Origin: the human T2T-CHM13v2.0 reference genome, Homo sapiens
Direction: 5' to 3' (one strand)
DNA length: 64,000 nt
NCBI RefSeq assembly: GCF_009914755.1
Contig: NC_060929.1
The notes under the pieces are model-generated. The model ran no database searches. It was not told where the DNA came from and saw only the letters and a program-made list of their open reading frames with translations. Each line of letters opens with the position of its first letter. Positions within the stretch are counted from its first letter, which is position 1. Both the position numbers and the translations under genes were made by a program. This document shows positions 55,566 through 64,000 of this stretch, piece by piece.

Positions 55566-58256
55566 TACTTTCTGAGCTACCACAAGGCCAGGTTGAGAGA
55601 GGAAGCTCTCCACTCTGTAACCTTCATTCTAACAGGCCCTGTGAGGCTGTGGCAGAGTGGAGTTAGGGGATTCATTAAGGAAGGGGATTCCACTAGGACT
55701 TAGGTGTACTAGAACAGACTCGGGACTGTACTAGAATATAAGGCAGAGAGAGAAGACATTGTTCAAAATTTAAATCCTCCCGAGTTCAAAATTTAAAATG
55801 AGAAATTTTTAAATGAGAAAATTCCTTTCTTTCTCCCACATTTACCCCAGAGATGATGTAGCCCAGCTTCTGAGAGTAAGCAAAGCAATAAATATGAAAC
55901 AGGAAACGCTGGTAAATAACTTCCTGGGGACTACTCTGGAGGATGGGGGCTGCAAAGCTAATACTTTCTTGATATTTTAAGGGAAGCTCCTCTCCAAACC
56001 ACCTGGGCTGTGACAAGAAGGAAAGAAACCTGGACCCTCAACCAGTATCCAAGGGCTGGCTTCATTTTTTCCCCAATTAGCTTGCAACGAGTTAATAGTA
56101 GCTCTGTAGTGCTGGATTCAGGGATTTGTGTGACATAGATAAGGTTTGGCATTAAAAATGCTAAATCATTACAACTCTGAATTTTCTCATGTTCATTCAC
56201 GAAGCTGTAATCTTTCCCACCTAGTACTATCACTCTTAGGGTGCATGAATCACTAATTATTGCCCTAATCCCAGGAGATAAATTTCTCCAAGGAACCCAG
56301 CAGCAAAGAGCAAAGCCTTGAAACCTACTTATGAAGAAATGTGTCAGCCGTCTTGGAGATTTTTACTTCCCAACTTGGAAATTATGTTGATTGGAGTAAG
56401 TGGAAGCTTAACTGGGGGGTTGTTGATGTGTGTTATCATCTGGGGGTGGTGGCAGAGGGGATAAACTGTGAGAGAGAGCCAATTTTATCTCAGTTTGTCC
56501 TCTGACTCATGAATTCTGAGTCCTGCAATGGAGTTTTTTGCCTTGCAAGAAAAGCTAGATTAATGCTTGTGTGCACAGTCATTGACTTTATAAAAAATCA
56601 GATTACAAGGAATAATTTTAGTGTATATTTATATATCCAAATTTATCATAATCACCAAGGATTTTAAGCAAGATTTTTCACGGTTTCATGCACTATTGAA
56701 ATATTTGGTAAGGGGAGAAAGAGCTGTTATCCATATCCTTTCTAGATGTTATTCATCTTCTTGTTTTAAGGTATAAAAATTTTCCCTGAAAGCCTCTGGT
56801 TTGGGCCTTGGATGTAGCAATACCAGAGCCCGAGGGTAGACCTTTGACTATAAAGAATAAAAAAGTTCCAGGGCTTAAGCTTTGATTGAGGACATTCCTG
56901 TCTTTGTGGGAAACAGCAACAGAAAAAAGAAGTCCTGTAGCCAAGACTTGCTTGGGTTTTTCTGCTGAGGACCGCCAGAGATTCCCGCAGCTCTCTTGTT
57001 TGGGAGGAAGATGGGGAGGAAGAAAAGGAAATAGGAATGCTGTGTTCCTTCGTCTTCCCTTCATTTCTCCCATGTAAAAAATAAAGTAGCCAAGGAATTA
57101 TTGTCTCTTTTAGGAATGCCTCAGACTGTTAGAGTTATATCAATTGATACTGTCTTAATTTATCCTATAATTTTTTTAAAGGAAGAAAGATAATATCAGC
57201 TCTTTATTGCCTATGTCTGTACTATAGATGAAATGTGTCACACTCCTTAATTCTCTCCCACATTATCATATCTTTGATAAACTCAATAGAGAACCAGTAG
57301 CAGAGGATGCTTGAAATGGTTTTTAAATTATTTCAGAAAGGCTTCCAATTAAGCTATTGGGAAATATGTGTGTATATATATTTGTTAAAATTGTAGGCAG
57401 TTGACTTGCTTTTCAACGTTTGTAAGGTTTTCCAAGCTTGAACCACTTAAGTCAAAAGTAGAACTAATAAAAGCACAATTGAACTTAATATATTATGTCA
57501 AGATTTACAGTAATCGATTATTGTTTTTCAGCTATGAAGATATCATTAAGCATATGCCAAGCAATCAGCGCATGACTGTAATAGGTTCATGAAGGAAAGG
57601 CTTTTTCTAATCGTTTTCAGTGGTGTTTTTCCCAAGACAGCAACAGCTTTTATAAAATGATGGTTATATCTCCTCATTATGGAATCTAATCTCCCCAAAA
57701 GACATTCAGCAGCTGCAAAACGGTAGCATCTTTTAGCTGTAAATTGTTTTTTATTATTTATCCCTATTTAACTAAAGAAGAAACGGCCATCAGATGATTT
57801 AACAAGACAAGAATTTAGTAGTTTTAACATTTGACAGCACCCAATTGTTAGCCCATGCATTGATCTCTTTAGATCTTGGCTTAATGGTAATTGGTGTATT
57901 TTTGCTTTCGTGTCTGTATGTACTGTATAAGCTGAGTATGAGTCTTCTAGGAACCAAATCTGCATGATCGGCTCTTTTATCTTTCTCTTTAACATGGGAT
58001 TTGAAGTTGTGTGTACTCGTAGAATTCAAGAAATTGCAGAATTAGACAAAAAGGAATACAGCCATCCTAATGTGAGTCCAATTTTAATAGTGGGTGTCAT
58101 TATGAGCTGAATTTGTTACCCACAAAGTGATAGAAGAAAGTCGGAAGATGGAAACCTCTGTTTATTGGTATTATGATTTACTGGTGTGCATCCCATCACA
58201 AAGGAGGCTCTTCAGTGGGACACAATTTTTTGTTCTTAAGAAAGTGATCGGGCTCT

Positions 58257-58635
<379 letters not shown>

Positions 58636-60029
58636 TCAAATCACTCCATGGGTAGAACTCTCGTGAGACAACCAGCTAATTTAAATAAATAAGGTTCTGT
58701 GACCCCGTGGGAGCTTACAGGGGTGAGACATCCATTTTAATCGAGGCTCAGTTTGAGAAGAGGAAATTTCACTCATAACATACTTTTAAGTGGATTGGCT
58801 GCAATGTGATTTTCTGGCGATGTTTCCTTTGTTGCTATTTTAAGGCAAATGTTTATGTTTCTTTACAAGACTTGGCATATTTTACTGGAAAGGTTGAAGT
58901 AATTTCTCCACCCTTAATATGGCATGCCTTTCTAGAATGGTCACTCGGAACCAATTAAGCAACAATTTCATTCCATAGACTATTGCAATTTGCTTTTCAC
59001 TTATTCTGTGCAGACTGAAGTTGTATATTCATGGACATTTCCCATGTAAGTTTTAGATTTTCCACTTTGTAGATGCAAATACTTCTTCCAGTTTTGTGAT
59101 AAAATAACTCAACAACAGCAAAATTCAAATAAGACCACAAAAAAAGTCTTATTAAGCTTTACATAAATAGCTGCTTCCCTATCATGAAAACAACTGGGAA
59201 CATTGTACTGTTGTGAATCTACATTTCTACTTATTCAGTAATTGTACCCCTAGTGCTGTTTACCATTTCATTTGTATTATTTATATATCAACCAAAGGGT
59301 ATGAACACCAAAAAATAATTTCACATCACCTATCTTCCATTTCTTTTTATTTTAAAAGCCCTGAAGATATAGTTCTCCTATAAATAATGATAAAAAGATG
59401 CTGTATTAATATTTCAGCAAAGATCTCCATCTACTCACATACTCACAAATAACATATTCTGTAATATATACACTTACCCCTCCCTAAATTAACTGTGCCT
59501 GGGGCTTGCAAGAAAATCAGGTCAAGCTAAAGGAGAAATCAGAGAACAAGACCAAAATTAATTTACTACTCTGTACCACATGTGAATATGAGTTTGTAGG
59601 GGGAAAAAAAGGCTTATTTTTTGGACCATCTCTATCCCTGTATATGTTGAGCACTTTTAACTCTGAAATATGTGCTGCGTCTTCTTGCCTGGATGAAGGT
59701 GAAAGTTCAACCCTCTCTGCTTAGATTTTTATTAAATCTCATTAAGTCAGCTAAAAGGAGCTGCCTACCTTGTCAGTTCTGTTCCAAAACATCTAAAAGC
59801 CCTTTTTGTACCTCTTTATTGCTGGAGGTAAAATTGTGAACACAACCATAATTTGCCTATCTGTCTGAGAAGGGTTTTCTAAGCAACAATTGGCATCATT
59901 TTCAAATATTTGGAATGGTTTTCAACCCAGTTATGTCGTATATCTTATGCTATGGGTTAAAGCAAGCACATTGCATATATATGTAAATGCGGTAGGAAGG
60001 ATGCCCCTTTAAATATGTATATTCATGAA

Positions 60030-60895
60030 CCATTTTGGGTTCCTTTCTCTCAAACCCACATTAACCCATCAGTCAAACATATTGCCATTACCTTCAAAAT
60101 GCATCCAGATTCTGATCTTTGTCACTTTTGTCACTATCACCCTCATCCAAGACTCACCCCCACTCATCCCTGACCTGGATGGATTATTCTTATGGGTCTC
60201 CCTGCTTCTGCATCCCTTGGGTTTGTTCTTAACACAATAACAAAAGTGGCTTTGCTAAACCATATGTAGTATCTTGTCACTCCTCCCTCAGAACCTTCTA
60301 TCAGCTTTCCGTCTCACCCAGAGTAAAAGTCAAAGACCTTGCAGTGGCTTCTGAGGCCTCCCTCTTCTCCATCTCTCATTCCACTCCAGGTGCACTCACC
60401 TGCTTGCTGTTCCTAGAATATACCAAATGTGCAGCCAGCTCAGAGCCTGTGTTGGTGCTATTTCTTGTGCTTCCCCTAGACATCAGCATGGCTCCCTCTC
60501 TCACTTCCACCAGGTCCCGTTCAAATGTTATCTTAACTGGGAGGTCTTCCCTGATGACCTTATATTAAATGGCACCCACCTCTTGACCTCTACTCTGCCA
60601 TTCCCTACTCTCCTTACCTTTCTCTACTTTTCCCTTGAAAACACACACACATATGTTGTGTTTACATATGCTTATATGCATACATATATATATGTTCGTA
60701 TACATGTGTCTGTAAATATATTTATTTATGTTTCATTTGCTGTTGTTTTTGCCGTTATTTATGTGTTGATTGCCCCTTCTCTACCCTCCAGAATATAAGC
60801 TCCCAGAAGGAAAGGACTGTTTGCTTTTTACTTCATAACCCCAGTTTATATAATAGAGCCTGATATGTACTAGACACTCGAAGAATATGTGTCAA
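60030..60895 (+). mobile_element. Long L2 fragment
   Basis: TCACTCCTCCCTCAGAACC...CAGAGTAAAAGTCAAAGACCTTGCAGTGGC...AGAATATAAGCTCC. Confidence 0.8.
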
Positions 60896-60901
60896 AAATA
60901 T

Positions 60902-61252
60902 GGAAGGAGGAAGGAAGAAAGAGAGGAAGGAAGGAAGGAAGGAAGGAGGGAGGGTGGGAGGGAAGGGAAGGAGAAAGGAAAGAAGGGAGGGAGGGAGGGA
61001 AGAAGGAAAGAAGGAAGGAAGGGAGGGAGGGAATGAGGGAAGGAGGAAGGAAGGGAGGAAAGGAGGGAGGGAAGAAGGAAGGAAGGGAGGGAGAGAGGGA
61101 GGGAGGGAGGGAAGGAATGAGGGAGGGAGGAAGGAAGGGAGGAAGGAAGGGAAGGAGGGAGGGAGGGAGGGAGGGAATGAGGGAGGGAGGAAGGAAGGGA
61201 GGAAAGAAAGAAGGGATGGAGGAAGGAGGGAAGGGAGGGAAGAAGGGAGGGA
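60902..61252. repeat. ~350-bp polypurine (GGAA/GGGA)n array
   Basis: Almost only G and A on the + strand, with a recurring GGAATGAGGGA(A/G)GGAGGAAGGAAGGGAGGAA unit. Confidence 0.95.
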
Positions 61253-62009
61253 TTGTTCAAGAATCTCTTTTCATGGCTGGTCTAGGAACTCTGATGGAAA
61301 TTCCCTGTTAGTCCTTTTATCTTCCACACAGTCACTTATTTCGACTTCACTTAGGCTGGGTACAAACTATTTTAGTTTGGTACACATATGCCACCTCTTT
61401 GCTTAAACAAACAATGTGACCAGTTTTCTGGGATCATAGGAGAAATAAGTGGGAACACAGAGGCCACCATTCCCGTCTCTGCTTGGACATTGACCAGTCA
61501 CCCCTCCTGCCCCCACTTTGCCAAATGAGCTGAGGAAATGCATCCTTACCTCCCAAGCAAACATTAATTACTGTTTGCACCACGCTTTGAGATCCACAGA
61601 TGAAAGCAGTTGTAAAAGCAAAATGGGTTATTATGTTGGGAATGGTTATAGACTCATTTAGCTCTGGAAACCCATCAAGCAGGAATGTTGAATCATGAAA
61701 CTAGGGTTGGCCAAATATTACACTTGTTATAATTAATTTGAGCTTAAGCTTCAACACAGTGACATGTTTCCTTTAAATAAAGTTAAGTCCTCTAAGGATG
61801 CATGAATCTATATGGATCTCGATTTTCAGCTGGGAACTGAAATTTTTCAGATATGCAGAATGCAGAAAAGCAAATGTGTCTCTGACTTCTGGTGGGGCAG
61901 GGTGAATATCTGGGCAGACTGCTTATTTTTGAGACATAAATAATCTTCTGTCTCCTTTTCCCCACGGGGCTGTGAGAGCAGTGTTCACAAAATTATGGGG
62001 ATTTAGGAC

Positions 62010-62900
62010 TGGAACTGAATTTAAAGGGCCTACAATCCTACTTCCCACTGAATGCCAAAACATTGTCTACAGCCTTGCTGACAAGAGCCGCTCAGGACTG
62101 CTGAAATAATTTCTGGGATGAGGAGCTTGTTACTTTGCAAGGGTGCTGATTCTGATGTTGTTCAACAACTGTTGTTAGAAAGCTCTTTACATGTTTATCC
62201 ATTTTTGTCAACAAATATTTATTAATCACTTTCTGTGCACATGTACTTTGTTAGGAGCTTTGGGATATGGAAAGATTAAAACAGTGCAGATTCCGCAACC
62301 ACCTAGAGCAATGCCCTGGCCTAGGAGAGAACCTGAAAGGTGGTAGTTATTCAATACATATGTGTTCATTGAATGAACTACAGAGTGGATTACATTCTAG
62401 CAAGAATGATACAGCACATGCCAAAGAAGCCATGATACCAAGTGGAACATGTATAAAGGAGAGGTATAGATACATGCAAGATTTATCAAGCTGAATGTGG
62501 CTCTTTTTCGTAGCCAAATTCAGCTTGAATTTCGCTCTTTTTCCAAACCAGCTTATAAATGTCCATTCTGTTTTTCATAGGACATGGCTAAATTATTTGA
62601 GAATTGCTACAACGTCCTTTACCTCTCTTCCAGGGTTAAGAACTGCAGGGCCTCGAGTGTATTAAATTATTTCTAGTACACACATCAATCTGAATTTCTT
62701 CCCCTAGGCAGCTCAGTGCCTCAACTAGGCTCTTAAGAGGTCAGCCTAGAATGGAATACACCAACCAATTCAGACGTGTTCATACAGGCCTACAGTACAT
62801 TGGGTCTCTCTTTCCTATGATCTGGACATGCTTCCCATACCATCTCATACTGCATATACTATTTGTTCATGGAACCCTTGTTTCCTGGGACATGTTTTAT
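62010..62900 (-). mobile_element. L3/CR1 relic interrupted by L2 pieces (~62190-62400)
   Basis: GATGAGGAGCTTGTTACTTTGCAAGG...TGTTAGAAAGCTCTT (CR1-like); CAACAAATATTTATT (L2). Confidence 0.4.
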
Positions 62901-63808
62901 CTTGAGAAAACCCAATATTTCAAAGACCATAGTTTGGAAGATAAGAGTCTAATGTCATATGTGGGTTGGTTTTATTAGGGGGGAGGGGAGCAGAGTAATT
63001 ATTTTACACATACTGCATTAAAATTATAGATTTATAGTCCATTTATATCATTTTCTATGAAGGCAGATTTTCTTCATCCTTATTTGAATTTTGGGTTTTC
63101 TGCTCATCCCCAAACTTAAGTACTGGAGAGGAGTGTTATCTAATAAATAGAGCCTTAGACTCAGGTCACTAACTTACTGTGTGGTCCAGAAAAAGCTGCA
63201 TTCTCTTTCTGAATTACATTTTTTTCATCAGCAAAGTGAAGTGGTTGATCAGGGATATTATCTAAGGTTCTCTCTAAAGCTAACATTCAATGGACTTTCT
63301 CCGTAGCTTTCTTTGACTTCATCTAGATCATTCTATGACTTTTGCTAATCTCAGGGACAGAGCTATCAACTAGAAAGCAGTTCTAAACAGAAGCATAGCA
63401 AAAGCAAGACACAGCAGGTCAACCTGAGCCCCATCTTCTAAGGCTTATTTAGCATGTCAGAACTGCAGAGACTGGGAAGAAAATGTGAGCTAAGAGCCAC
63501 AACAGCCTTTGTTCTGCATCTGTACCATGTCTTCATAAGACGAGGAAGTCTGCAAGTCTTCATAAGAAGAGGAAGAAGCTGGGCATTTTTGCATGTGCAA
63601 ACCAATGCTGACATTTCTGTCACATCACTTCTACCATGATGGGTTTTACAAGTTGCCCACATGAACATGTTTGTTCATGTCTGAAATGGCACATCATTGT
63701 ATCACCTCACATGCAAACTCCTCACTCACTTTAAGTCTTTCAGCATTTCTACCCTGGTTGGTAGTGGCTTCTTTCCTGGCAACTATGATTATTTGAAAAC
63801 AACGTCAA

Positions 63809-64000
63809 GAGAAGGCTCGAAGGCGCCGCGGGCTGGGGTCGGTGGCTTAGGGAGCCCGTCCGGCCATGGTGGCCGCGGGTGGTGGTTGGCGCGGCTGCGC
63901 TGCGGCCCGGGGCAGTGCGGAGCCGGGACAGTCGCGGCGCTGACGCCCGCGGGCACCAGCTGCAGATATGAAGCAGAGCCGCTGCCGCGACCGACCGCAG
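63809..64000 (+). mobile_element. 5' end of an SVA_F1 (MAST2-SVA chimeric) retrotransposon, cut off by the window end
   Basis: Abrupt change from AT-rich to very GC/CpG-rich DNA. AGAAGGCTCGAAGGCGCCGCGGGCTGGGGTCGG...CAGCTGCAGATATGAAG matches my recollection of the MAST2 exon-1 5'UTR. It is preceded by an L1-endonuclease-like site TTT/GAAAA with candidate TSD GAAAACAACGTCAA (63795-63808). The SVA body is outside the window and is inferred. Confidence 0.85.
63968..64000 (+). pseudogene. MAST2: Retrocopied start of the MAST2 coding sequence (MKQSRCRDRPQ; parent MKRSRCRDRPQ)
   Basis: ATG AAG CAG AGC CGC TGC CGC GAC CGA CCG CAG. One difference (CGG to CAG, CpG-decay type) from the recalled MAST2 N-terminus. 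Flank is not a native promoter. Confidence 0.85.

Noticed and set aside
60889-61406. G/R/E/K-rich ORFs of 122-168 aa
   Set aside because: Translations of the polypurine repeat, which lacks stop codons.
63529-63575. 27-bp-period duplication GTCTTCATAAGA(C/A)GAGGAAG
   Set aside because: Ordinary slippage duplication with no functional clue.
63809-64000. Native MAST2 promoter or gene start
   Set aside because: The CpG island starts abruptly mid-5'UTR after an L1-endonuclease-like site and has an R-to-Q change, which fits a retrocopy.

Overview
Human-type, AT-rich non-coding DNA (intergenic or deep intronic). I find no credible protein-coding gene: the listed ORFs come from repeats, microsatellites or chance. 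It holds a typical mammalian repeat set: 7 Alus (two AluY with perfect TSDs), MaLR and MER21-type LTRs (two nested), MER5A, MER46, MER63 and MER85 DNA transposons, L1M, L2, L3 and MIR relics, and many microsatellites. The last ~190 bp switch abruptly to CpG-island sequence matching the MAST2 exon-1 5'UTR and start codon, which indicates the 5' end of a human-specific SVA_F1 (MAST2-SVA) retrotransposon. Less explained structures are an 88-bp, ~97% identical segment shared with a site 1.8 kb away and sitting in a palindromic, locally duplicated junction (templated insertion), a perfect 15-bp inverted repeat beside an LTR, and several repeat-free blocks with clustered developmental or inflammatory TF motifs. 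Repeat families were recognised from memory of consensus sequences, and boundaries of old elements are approximate. I see no evidence of a wholly new biological system.
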